64,000 nt of DNA from Toensbergia leucococca (taxonomy: Eukaryota), in the NCBI GenBank assembly GCA_022813965.1, contig JALDZS010000017.1, forward strand, positions 124,001 through 188,000. Reading direction: 5' to 3'. Shown here in pieces: positions 50,212-62,722 of this stretch (the first letter of the stretch is position 1; each line of letters starts with the position of its first letter). The translations under genes were made by a program, and so were the position numbers. The notes below the pieces were generated by a model. That model made no database searches and was not told the origin of the DNA. It worked only from the letters and a program-made list of their open reading frames with translations.

Positions 50212-51147
50212 CCTTGCAACTTTGGAATCAAGAGGCCAAAGGAAGCGGACGACCAGTTTCTCGAAGCAGGCGGCAGGACATACAGGATCTGATGATTTTG
50301 GGAGAGAGGAGAATTGGAATGGTTCAGGTGTGTAGAGAGAGTTTGGTGCGGAATGCCGATGGGTTCCCACCAAACTGTTGATTGCAAGTGTGTTGTCTCA
50401 CTTCAGTGTTGTGTAACTGACAGTTCTTGTGTTCACCTTCAGCATGCGGACATGATATATGATCTTTGTTGTGAGTGGTGAGCACAACGGGTGTATTGTA
50501 GGTGTCAAGGTTGGTATCGCTCGGAAACTCTTCATGGCTACCCCTCGCTTAGCTGACCCGCTAGGCTATCTTGGGGAGACCTGTGAATCGGGACTCTGCT
50601 GCAAGATATAAATCCTCATCACTATCATCCTCAAAATAGAACCCATCGCCAAATGTTGTTCTACTCATCTTACTTCACGCCCTGTTTCACTTGCCCTGAT
50701 TCATCGACATAGCCAAACATCCCGGTAAGTACCCTACTAGGAGCCAAATCGGCAACGCTCCTCGCAGGTCTCACTGTAATCATCACTGTTCCAATGACAG
50801 CACTCCGTCTCAGTCGTATTCCTTCAAGCCTTTCACATTAAAAAAAGTCCCTCCATATTAAACATGAAAAGTAGATTAAATATCCGAGGACTGCCTACTG
50901 GTAGCTTTGATGAATGTAAAACCAAACCATCTAATATCTCTTCAATGATAGCGATTGTGTGGTCTTGTAGATCAAGAGACCCATAATTCAATCTGAAAGG
51001 CCTTATTCAAAAGAATCAAAGAAACACGTGCACTGTCATCAAGTAAACCTTCGCTACTTTCCACCCACCAAGCCCTCTCTACAATCATTCCGCAACCCCT
51101 CTATACCCCCCCTAAAACCCTTTGATAAAGAAAGCCTCAAGTCCCAC

Positions 51148-53128
51148 CTATTTATGCTCGGAATACCCAGTGCTTTTCTCGTTGTTGGTCTCCAAACTAA
51201 ATCCCGCGGGCACACTACCCCTTCTCAACCCCGTCTCTGGGTCAACCACGCTCTTACCCCTCTGCGCCGCTTGCACAAGTTGAGGATTCTGTTCCTTGAG
51301 GAGCTTGAAATTCTTCTCCGCCTCCCAATTCCAGATACTATCCGATGCGAAAACGAGGTCCATCTCTTCAAGCGTACGTTGATTGGTCTCTGGGTAGAGA
51401 GCCCAGACCATGGGGATAGAGATGGCACAGCACGCACCAAATATGTAGAGCGTTTTTTCATGGAGGGCCGCAAACATTACAGGGCAGAGAAGACCCTGTC
51501 CAAGCATCCTATCGTCAGCGGATTGTAGCGAGAAAGTGCATGTGACAGCCGGGACGAAAGACAGAAAATAAAATGCCTTACCAGCCAGCCATTTCCAATG
51601 GACCAACCGACCACACCCCACGCATTACCTTTGGCACGTATCTCCAACGGGAATATCTCAGCCGGGTAGAGCCATGGCACAGTGAGCCAAGTGGCACCGA
51701 ATATAGCGGTAAAGAGAAAAACAAAGAAGGTAGCAGCGCCACCGATAGCGGCTTTGTGCGCAGGGGCTGCGTCTTGTGTAGCTCTAGAGAGACCGCCAGC
51801 AATGAAAATACAGATACCCATACCCATGGAACCCCAATAAAGAGTCCACCGACGACCAATGCGATCGAGAGTGAAGACACAGACGAGAGTCGAGAGCTTC
51901 AATATTCATTAGTAACAAATTGTGATGAAATTGTAAAAGTATCACGACGTACCATGTAAGTAATATCGTTGAGGCCAGTGACCCATAAACGATCCTTGGC
52001 GGAAATTCCGGCCAGTCCAAAGATTGTGGGGCCATAGACGGTGATACCAGCAATACCAATCCACTCCTGCATGATCTGAAGCCAGACAACCAAATGTACA
52101 CGACGACCTGTGTGAAGCTTACCGCTACCAATACCAAAAAACATGTGATAGTAATTCTGGTGCTTCGCAGTCCGACGCTCGACCTCGCAAATATTGACGA
52201 CGTCTTGAAACTCAGCTTCAGTCTTTTCGAGGTTCTCGCCTGTTTCTCCACGAAGTCGGCCAAGGATGTAGCGAGCCTCTTCTTCACGTCCTACTTTGAC
52301 GAGCCAACGCGGCGATTCAGGCATAAACCATATAATTCCAATGAGAAACAAAAGTGGTGCTATTTGGAACGCAATGGGGAAGCGCCATATGAACGATGAT
52401 GTTCCATCTCCGTAAAATGAGGTACCGCTAGGATCTTGTCAGCTGCTGTTGTATTGGAAACACAATCAGGGCACACATACTACTCGATCCAATAGGCGAC
52501 AACAACGCCAAAGATATTCAGAGTGAACTCAATAGCTACAAATTGACCGCGAGAAGTGTGCTCAGCGGTTTCTGTTGCCCAGACAGGAGTGATGGCATTG
52601 AGGATGCCTGTACCGACGCCAGTGAGCACACGAGCTAGGTCAATTAGCACAGGCATCCATATCTTCTTTGATGTACAAAGAGGCTTACTGCAGAACATCC
52701 AGTTGTGGTTCTGAGCAGAACATTGAAGAGTGGCCCCAATCATAGTCCAAGCGGCAGCAATAGCTATGGTGTTGATCCTGCCATATTTGTCCCCCAGGTA
52801 ACCTCCGAGGAAAGCACCACATAGAGTACCTGGAAGATAGTAGACAGCAACCTGACAACATTAGGGCAAATGTGGTCAATGTCGAGATGGGAGAACTCAC
52901 AATACCCCCTTGCAGAAGCGAGTTGGTAATAGTTACCTCACCAAGAGCCTCATTATAGTAACCAAATCCCATAATCTCGGCATAGCTGCGCGTAGTATTG
53001 ACTCCGCCCATGACGCCTTGGTCATACCCAAAGAAAAAAATGGACAAGCCTGCCACACAATTGATTGCGATCAAGAGCGATCGCTTTTCAAACCTGTGCA
53101 CCAAATTGAACTTCGAGATGCGATCCAT
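51148..53128 (-). CDS. MFS sugar porter (STL1-like), about 6 exons
   Basis: FFGYDQGVMGG, GDKYGR, PVWATETA..TSRG, WRFPIAFQ, MPESPRWL, LDRIGRRW, PWLYPAEIFPL.IRAKGNA and YPETNQRTLEEMD. Canonical introns. Confidence 0.93.
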
Positions 53129-53331
53129 GATGGGAAAGATGCAATGGGACCGAGGGATGTCAATGACAGTTGTGATTAAAGAAACAACGACCCTAGGGTC
53201 TATCTAAAGATATAGAGCAGATTGAAAGGAGAATGGGAGAAGGAGAGGATAAATTGAGATGAGAGTCTCCTGTAGTGTAAGCAAGAGCAGAGATAGTAAG
53301 GAGATGCTTTATATACCAAAATATCACACGA

Positions 53332-53373
53332 TTTAACGTAGACATTTGATGCTTTAACGTAGACATTTGATGC
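53332..53373. repeat. Exact 21-bp tandem duplication (TTTAACGTAGACATTTGATGC x2) beside the putative TATA box of the sugar porter
   Basis: Read directly. TATATAAA lies on the minus strand at about 53308-53315. Confidence 0.85.
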
Positions 53374-55519
53374 AACCACAAGGAAGATGAGAATAGAGAA
53401 TATTTCATCGGCGCGGTACTTCCAGGCACGATGAACGATATCAACTCACGATGCTTGAGGTCGCATAGTGGTGTAGCTCGCTCAGCGTGCTCATCATACC
53501 CGTAATGCATGCGGGCGGGATGTTAGGCGTCATATTTTCGAGGCCTTCTTTGAACATCAGCCGTCTGATTGCAGGAGTTTGTAGAAGCGCAGCAATGTGA
53601 GAGGGTCAAAGTAGTTGATGAAGCATCAACACTGCCACCATTTCCAAATTCAATTGTCCAGTGTGGTGTAGAAAAGACATGGCCCCGGTCTTCCCTTTTC
53701 CCTTAGCGTGCGGCTGATGTACATGCATTTCCCCCACGTCAATTGAAGATGTGAGCTATTGAGATAACGGAGAATAGAGGCTGAAGCATATTATCAGGTA
53801 GGGATTTTCAGCATCTCCCATCAATTCATACAGTATGAGTGGCAAGAGCAAGTCAACAGAATAAGAAAGGCCAAGCCGTAAAAGAAGCCCAACTTGAGAG
53901 ACACTGCAATCGGGGAGCTAGACCCAATCAGAATAAAACGGCGCCAAGGTTACTACGCTAGAATGGCGCTAGAAGGTTTATCGCTGTCGCTGTCCTGGCT
54001 CTGGAAGATCTTCATTTTGTCCCACAACGAGTACGCGTACTGACCGCAGTCAGATTGAGATATGCAACGGAATCCTTCGAGTCTTCACTGACAACCAGCC
54101 TAGTAGAACCGGACCATTTAAGTCCATCGATATTGATTCTTCAAGCCAAATGGCAGATCTGATGTCACGGTACTGAATACTTTCCGATATATGCGAAGAT
54201 GCTTCCAAACATAGTCAGTGCCTCCAAGACATTTTGCAACCTCCAACATCAATGATGTTCTAGCATTGCGGCAAAATCTTGTCATCCATGGTGAAAGTGT
54301 CTAATCTTGACAAAGGGGTGATCACTCCCTAATCGGGAGCGGAAGCAGCACGGAAGGAAAAGGTTAAAATTATGTGCTGGCACCATATCTGAACCGTGAC
54401 TCCAACGGGTCTAAGATATCCTAGGCTTTGATTGCCGTAGCCGCCCCTGAGGCGCCTGAGAAAGAATGGCCTAAGAATTGCAGCTTTTTAATACCGTAAG
54501 AAAAGAAAACGTTTGCCCTAAGGCATTATGTAAGATCAGCTTAATTCAAGTACTCAATACGAAATGGCAATACTTGAAGCATGACATAGCAGTCATTTCA
54601 ACGGTATTCTCGTAAATCGCGTACGCTCCCCAGTAAAGGGGTGGCGAAGCATCCTGATATAGCACTTGGGTGTGTACCCAAACTGATAGACGCTCCTATG
54701 AAAGGGTTAACTGTGGATCCATGCTAACGTGAAATTGTACCAAGAGGCATTGTCTGCTTGATGCTTGAATCGATCCGATTAATGTGTGTGGACGGTAGCT
54801 TGTTCAGCTGCGAGTGAGGGTGATATGTCATTGAGGCGTCATTCAGAAAGTCTTGATATCCTGACCTCCTTGTCCGTTGGAATTTACTCTGAACTCGCTT
54901 CACCTCTTCGAATCTAAAGTTCGTATCGTGAGCCTTGGCGTGCCTGCATACCTATATATGCTCTGTATTAGCCACTGTAACTTGAGAGCCGTAGTTACAC
55001 GGAACGATCTTCAGGATGAGATGCTTCTTTCCCAGCGCCTTCCTCGATCCACACAGAGTCTCTGGCCTCTGTTCTCTGTATTTGCTCTCGAAGTGGCAGA
55101 GCAATCTCGGGACACGAAGTACGCTCCTGCAGATATACGTAATCTTGTCCTCCATCTACCTTAGCTTTTCTATAATCATGCACGGTCTTTAGAAACGCTT
55201 GTAGCAAGGATCTCATCACGGCCAACTTGCCAACTGGCTTCGTTGCATATTAGAGTCTTGGGTTCTATTGGTGCTGCTCGAAGCTGTGTCGGAGAGAATT
55301 CAGCCGTAGTAGCATCGAGACATCGACCAAAGAGGCGAAGATCTGGCAGTCAACATGATTTGACTTCGTGACGAAAACGGGAACTCCATTGACTCCAAGA
55401 TCATCGGTTCCGTTCTCACATTCTCTTTGGAGATATTCATTTTGGGGCCTTATCCCATCTCTGGCAAAGTACGCGTCCGGTTTTAGGGGTAAAATGCGCA
55501 ACAGCTTGCCCATTGATAA

Positions 55520-55895
55520 GCCTTGTTATGCTCCTTCCAAAAGTCTTTTTTGCGACACAAGTTTATGTTGCATATTGTACAGCGGGAGGAATCCCCTGCA
55601 TAGTGCTTGGGTCGTCTCCTTATCTCTCGTTGCTTGTATGAACGGTGTTAGCCAACTGCTTCGCTAGAGCTTTATATTTCATCAACCCTCTCTGGACTTG
55701 CATGTCCTACACTCCCACGGGCTACACAATTCTTCTTTTCACCCCTCAAGACGTATGTTCCAGCCGTGATCTACCGCTCCAGAATGGTGGGTTTGCTGTG
55801 ACGACAACCGGAATGAGTAGGATATTGCTTGGCGATTCGCTCCAACACAGCTGTTTGACAAGCTTCGCCTGGACGACCTTGTAGGTTAAGTGATC
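55520..55895 (-). mobile_element. Possible relic of the C-terminal part of a piggyBac-type transposase
   Basis: Ordered fragments across frameshifts: HLTYKVVQAKLVKQL; GEKKNCVAR; KALAKQLANTV; RRRPKH...CTICNINLCRKKDFWKEH. These resemble the fungal piggyBac cysteine-rich domain. No TIR or TTAA boundary was found. Confidence 0.4.
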
Positions 55896-57867
55896 GAATC
55901 GTTCATCAATCGGATGATCAGCCGGTGGTCTTTCTATATCTTGTTGACCTCTATAACCATGATAACGGGCACGCAGCCAGAGGACGGGATAGATGTGCTG
56001 GTCAACTACCCGAATGTTTGAGTACAGCCAATAGTTTCAAGTGGTCTGCGAAGTTGAGCTGCACGAACTGCAACTCGAAGCCCATCAGTAAACCCTTCGT
56101 TGTTTGACTATGGCATTCAAGATCTCCAATTTCAGTTTCTTCTTTCTCAGCATCCTCATCTGGACTTTCTTGCAGTCTTCTCGGTCTCAAAACCTATACT
56201 TCTGAAACATTCGACTGGACTCGCAAAGACGCGTGCTGTTTCTCTCAGGCGGCGGTATCCTAGACAGTGCTTCAGACCGCAGAGGAGTCGCTCTAAGCAA
56301 CCTTGGTACGGACTGCATCCGGACGCGGTGCCCTTCAAATCCAAACCCATTGCAGACCCCAAAATTGCATTGACGAAGACCACCACTTCAAGATGCACAA
56401 AATTTGAATAAGGGTGCTCTTCTGGTGGCGCTGGACCTGTGTCATAGAAATCTCGGTACTAGGTAGGTAAGTAAGGGATTTAATTGAGACGGCTTGGACA
56501 CGCTGCGGACACGCGATGAATCCAATCCGACACGGAAAAGCACGTTCAGTATTCTAAGGTTCCCCGTGCGGCCACACTCCTCGCACTGTCTGTTACCCAC
56601 AAAACAGTCATCGGTAAACACGAACAGCATAATTTTCCCCTGCCATCAATCGAAACCCCACACGCCTCCAGCAACCCACGGCAGCAACTCCGAAACCTGT
56701 TTCCTGGAATGCCTCTTCCAGAAAGCAACCGCTGCATACCTTACGCAAAACAGGCCTTGCCTTCCCCGAACAGAACCATGAACCGACCACTCAGAATGCT
56801 AACGGGACGGCCGTGCAAGACTTTTCTAGCCCTAGTGTTCCCGTGGACTTCAGCCGCAGTCCTCCGCTCCCCACGCGTATTCTGATCAGTGAGACAAGGC
56901 GCGTGGCAATGCATGAAATGGCAAATTCGCAACTGCCGAAAGCCGGGAACGAATGCCCCCCAATTCCGAGGAACATGCCCTGTCCAACTCCCTCGATTCC
57001 CACCACATCGATGCTCAGGATGCATCGAATTTGGGAAATTCGTTATAGATGTTGAACCCCCTTGCTCTCTGGAGATTGTCTTCGGCTGCTATCAGGATTT
57101 ACCCCGAGGGTTTACCTCATTGAATGGACTCTTAATCTACGTGCCTGCTTTTAACATAAAAATAGTGCAAACTCCCTTTTCTAGGCGCGCCTGATAATAC
57201 GGCTATGAGCCTTACATATGAGAACAGCGCATGCAATGTGCAAATGATAGCACCATTCACGCTTTAAGATACATTTATGAGACTATTTTCTATCCAGGGA
57301 CAGCTCCCCTTCACTTATGTAGATATTTATTTACAGCTGGGAATAAAAGTCTGACTTCAGGAATACGCCGTTGTATGCCTGATAGTCCGTTGGGCAGCGA
57401 GTAGCTGCATGAAAAGTACAATGGTTCCTTCAACGTGCCTTGCAAAAGTCGCATCCAACTATACTCTGGCGAGTAGCCAATTTTCATTACTTCGTGAAAC
57501 TCCATATCGAAATCCAATCCCCGCGCAGGCATTGAAAATGAGTCCTAACACCATTGATATGACAGACGTGGCGATCGTTATGCTGTGGTGAGCTCTTAGC
57601 CGGAATGTTTGGTTGAGAATCAAGCATTCTTTTCTTTTGTCTCCTATCGAGACTTGTTTAAAAACAGCACCTCCGAAGACGAATGCATTTGATCAGTCGG
57701 GTATCTTGCGCTCTATGCCGCGAATCACTGTGAAAAGGGCGCCGCCGACGCTAAATATTTGGAGTGCAGAAATGCAGGGTCGAATGAATTGAGCCTCCCT
57801 TTGTCAATCATGCAAGTTGTATTCAGGTGACCTGGAACGAACAGTCGAGGTTTTCATGGATAATGAC

Positions 57868-59258
57868 TCAACAGACTTTGGGCCTTCGAGCGGTAATGAT
57901 GTGCCTGCGATTTATTAGACCAATTGCTACATTTAATTACCGTGCATGCACAAAGCGCACTGCCACAGCCATTTAAGGATTTCTGAGACTCGCAGAACCT
58001 ATGATGCTTCCCAGAACTTTGCTGTACTCACAAATTATTGTATGCGTGATATCTCTTGTTGCAAATAGCCGGTTTGATTTCTGTTACTAATCTTCTCACG
58101 TCGGCTGGCGGCCACTGGAAACATCGAGTCAAAGGCCCCAGACTAACGGCTTCTAGACCTTCAGTCAATCCAAGATTATACCATCTGCCAATCTCCTTCT
58201 GGTGCGAGTCTGAGGGCCAGGAATTGAAGGGCAATCGGATGACAGTTTCTTCAATGTCCACGAAACCTTGTGATTGCAACATCTGCTGCGTATTACGTTG
58301 ATACGCAATGGAACGACTAGCACGTGCTGTGGCGTCTTCAAGCCAATCATACCACTGCGCAATTGGTTTATAAGGAAGAGTTTCATCGTCGCAGCGGGGC
58401 CGCATATCAATCTCGACTTGCTCAAAATGACCAACCCCGGGTTTCAGATGCCTGATCAAAGTCACTACCACTCCAATATCGATATGACTCTTCCAGCACT
58501 TGGAGCTTACTGGAAGACTTTCTGATACAACTCGGGCCAGCTTGAAACACTGCCGTAGCCCATACGAAGGTGAATGAGATCCCAAGAATCTTCGCCCAAA
58601 GCCCATGGGCTCTCGAAATCCCGAGGTATCCGGAATCGAAGATTCGGTGGTATTCTAAACACACCTCAACTCGGGTCCAATATCTCTACAACTTACGAGG
58701 TAGCACAAACCGCTCAGGCTGAATATTCACCAGATCCACTCCCACCACCTAAGACATCAAATCAGCAACATGACCTGACGCAAGGATAGATATTCGAAGC
58801 GTACCTCCGCAGTTGGATATTGACTTGAAAGGACCACAATGTCAGTGTAAATTCCTAGCCTACAACGGAATTGACTCACTCTGCCATGTCAATTGCCCAT
58901 ATACCGGTTCCAGTTCCTAGGTCTAATATTCGAGGTGGTTCATAGCCGGGAACGAGCGGTGCGCTATGCAGTTTCTCTTTACGGGCAACGAGGAAGAGCT
59001 TATGGAAGATGTCCATGCGATCCTTCTCTTGCTGCACAGTCGACAATGGTCAGTCATGTTGAATAACAGTAAATTAATGAGAGCCATATCTTACTTCGTC
59101 GCAAGGATACATGTAGATTCCTTTCCGAAAGCCATGAAACGTTCGACCATTTTCGACATGATTTGGAGGCAGAGGAATAGCCGCCCTGGTGAGTAGATGA
59201 GTAGAGGAATCAAGAACGGTTGATCATGTACGCACCCATTCATCGCCATAGCGACCAT
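57868..59258 (-). CDS. laeA: LaeA/Lae1 SAM-dependent methyltransferase, global regulator of secondary metabolism, about 8 exons
   Basis: [98 protein letters not shown] and [13 protein letters not shown]. Includes a 19-nt micro-exon at 58805-58823. Confidence 0.9.
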
Positions 59259-60143
59259 TGGTGCTTCTCGCAAGTGACCACAAAGCTACTATCCGATGCT
59301 TGTCTCCGTAAGAAGTCGAGGCGATTCTCTCGAGGGCGATAGCCGTGCGAGTATCGAGCTTCGACGGAGCGGTCAGGCTGGTGTGAGTCTAAGACAGCAG
59401 ACGGAAAGCGAGATGAGTCAGGATATGGACGGGTATACGGCAGGTGGGTTCTGGAGGACGGTGCTTGATGGTCAATCGGGTACTTTTAAATTTGTAGATG
59501 AAGTGGGAGGAGTTCCTTGGAGGCATTTAGTTGTTGCAGGGGAGTGCTAGGGTGTACCGTTGCATTGGGTCTGTTGCTCACTCAGACTTAGTCGAAGTTC
59601 CGGGCGTCTACACCAATAGCAGGACGCCGGGGAGCGTACCTAACTCACTAAGACGGGCCACCGGGGCTAGCGTGGTGGGTAAAGAGTTCGGCAGGCAAAG
59701 TGTGAAAGTCCGCTTGGAACCGGTCGCCAGTGTGAAGCCAAGCAAGCCACGGGCCATGGTTCGCAGTCTGCCTGCCAAACGCCTGGAGGGCTATGCCAAG
59801 TAGAACATCTGTACTCGGTACGCTGGGGCAAGCTGGAGTGTCGCATTGCCTGGTTTTCTCCGAGATCTGGCAGCAGACGACTTACCTAGGTACATGTCGC
59901 TTTCTACCTATGTATGCACACCTCACCATGCATCAAGCATAGGCACTTGGGAAACGTGCATCAGCACATGCGGAATGTTGCACTTTCAGTGTCCGTATCC
60001 CCACTCCTGGGAATGGCCGCCTTGACACGGGGCCAATCAATGGGACGCTTAAGGGCAAGCCGCAGCAGCCGAAACTGGCTTCTTGATGCGGTGTACACAC
60101 GAGTATCTGCTTCCTTTGGTTCTAGTAAGATGCTTGGCAATCC

Positions 60144-60166
60144 TCATCATCATCATCACCATCATC
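60144..60166. repeat. (CAT)n microsatellite in the laeA / WD40 divergent intergenic region
   Basis: catcatcatcatcaccatcac, read directly. Confidence 0.8.
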
Positions 60167-61084
60167 ACATCACATCGCTTTCCTATGATGGTGTGCAGCA
60201 GTCGCTTTGTGACATTTGTGACTGATGATGCTTCCCGCAGCAAGAGGCTAGAATATTCTACTTCTGTCACGGATTGAAGGTTCTGACTGCAGCAGTAGGG
60301 GGCAATGCTCTACTGTAGTTTCCCACATGCAGCAGCAATCTCGGTCAATAATCGCATAGATGTTTTAGGTTTCAGGTGTGGGTGGTAAGTTGCACAGGAT
60401 TGCACTTTGCAGTAGTCCATATCATTTTTCGCGGGTTCCGACGTGTTGGGTCACCCACCCAGCGATTTTAGCTAAGGTACCTAGGTAGCGTCTAGCTCAA
60501 GTAGCCTCGTCCTAGGTCGTCACTTACCAGGACGGCGGGTAAAGAAGTCAGGCGGGATTCAGCCATGGCATCATGCGCGCTAACTGTAGCCGATCCGTCT
60601 GTCGCACATTCTCCCTCCTCCTTCCTCCCTGCCTCGACTGCCTCTAGAAATGCACCCTCGTGCCCTCAACTAGCACTGCATACATAGTAACACGCTCTAG
60701 AGATTGCAGGACCTTGCACGTGCCTCGAAGCAGAAACGGGTTATGAATTATCATCCTGCAGGCATTGTGTGCAATTGAACCCACGTGCATGGTCGTGAAG
60801 AATGGTAAGGTACCTACAGAAGCAGGGTGGGGGATTTTAGATGAGAGGGGGACTACTGCATAGGCCGGCTGTCAACATCCATGCGATCATCGTTGCAATC
60901 ATTTGTAGAGGATATTTATTTATATTTTATATGCGAGCCCCTTGTAGTAGGCCTGTACTCGCACTCGTACATAGGCACGGGTAAATCTAGGGTGGGACAT
61001 AGGATCTTATCGATTAGGTTACAACCCTGATGCTCCCAGCCACGCCACTACAGCTACTCGGATCGTTTCAAGCAACTACTTACG

Positions 61085-62438
61085 ATGCGGACCGCAGCAT
61101 TCCTCGGTCACTCCTCCTCGTCCCTGCCTGCAGACTCGTACATCTACACAGTCCTGCCTATCAACGGGAATCTCTCCGCCATTTCCTCGGACGACTCCTT
61201 GCGTGTCCTCGACCAGACGACCCTGCAATTGGTTCCCAATGGAGTCTTTGACAACGTGCATAGTGGCGTGACTTGCTTGAAAAGTCTAGATGCCGAGTGG
61301 AACACCCTGCTGACAGCCGGCCGAGATGCAAAGATCCGGAGCTGGGATCTGCGAGCAGGCACTAAGACCGTTGAACTCAAACATGGTGCGTCGTACCCGG
61401 CTTGGCTCAACAGGCGATAACAAGTTACACATAGGGAGCGGCTCTCCATATCTGTCTCTTGCTGCGTCTCATCAGGGTACCATGATTGCAGCTGGAACCG
61501 AATTGAAACATGCACAGGCGGCTGTGGTGATTTGGTACGAAGATTGTTCTTGGGAGCTTAACAATAGAATAGCTGCTCAAATGATCCAGGGACTACAGAT
61601 CTCCGATTGCACCTCTTTCCCAGTATGTAGAGAGCCACAATGACGACGTTACCGATGTATGCTTCCAAGTGGCAATACTACTTTCTCATCTTTGCACAAG
61701 ACTAACCCTCCATGGCTGCAATTCCATTCCACTAGACCTTCGTGTCTTCTTTCCGGGAGTACTGACGGGCTTGTGAATATCTACGACACTGCAATATCCG
61801 ACGAGGATGATGCCATAGTACAAATCACCAACCACGGTTCCTCGATAGGGCATACGGGCTTTCTTTCGAATAGTGAATTCTTTGCTCTGAGCCACGACGA
61901 GATTTTTTCTGTTTATCCATTAAATGAATCAGATGAAAGAGACGATCAAGCCCCTACAGTATTCGGAGATGTCAGGCCGATCTTAGACTGCGAGTACGTA
62001 GTAGATGTTATCTCCGCCCCTGGAGAAGTAATTATCGGAGCTGGCACCCATAGGTACGACGCAGAAGTACAATACCCAACAGCAGGCTTCTGACGAAGCC
62101 AGTAAACATCACCTCGATCTCATCTCTTTGCGTTCCTCGCCACAATGGTCCTTTGATCTTCCAAACAAAATTTGCTTACCCAACGCGCATGGCGAAGACA
62201 TAGTAAGATCCGTCTGTTTCTCACAAGAGGTAATCAGCCATATCCGAGCCCCCCCGTAAACCATCTGACAATTTCAAAGTCCTCGACACTCTTCACGGCT
62301 GGAGAGGACGGTCTTGTGAAGGCGTGGAGGAGTCCCCAAGTTGAAAGTGACCTGAACCAACGTTTGGATGATCCCCCGAAGAAGAAGAAGCGGAGGAAGG
62401 AATCCAGCGCGAAAGAGGGGCGCTTCAAGCCGTATTGA
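61085..62438 (+). CDS. WD40 protein, WDR89/YNL035C-like, 6 exons (third intron has an anomalous acceptor)
   Basis: AISSDDSLR, LLTAGRDA.IRSWDLR, IAAGTEL, YVESHNDDVTD|LQFH, LLSGSTDGLVNIYD, ALSHDE, AHGEDIVRS, LFTAGEDGLVKAW and C-terminal RFKPY*. Confidence 0.88.
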
Positions 62439-62722
62439 CCAGAACGCATCATGCCCGAGTCACCTTACCACGACATGGTTTTGCAAAGTCTTCCACGCCA
62501 GCTGTGTTGGTAGAGGTTGCTGTTCAGCCCAGTGGGTTCGGAAAGTCATAGCCCAAAACCCGGATAAGGGGCATTCTATTAGGTAGGTAAGATCTACTAC
62601 CCAATTACTCTAGGAAATACAGAGATACCAAGCGATTCTTCATACGGACGTCTCAGCCAGGTCAGGGGAAATGGCCATGAAATCATGACCCGATCCGGAG
62701 TGATGGTGTGACTGTACTATCG

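Noticed and set aside
54995..55513. Two same-frame minus-strand ORFs separated by stops
   Set aside because: No recognisable homology; insufficient to call a pseudogene.
57868..59258. laeA as part of a secondary-metabolite gene cluster
   Set aside because: No PKS, NRPS or terpene synthase in the window; neighbours are a sugar porter and a housekeeping WD40 gene.
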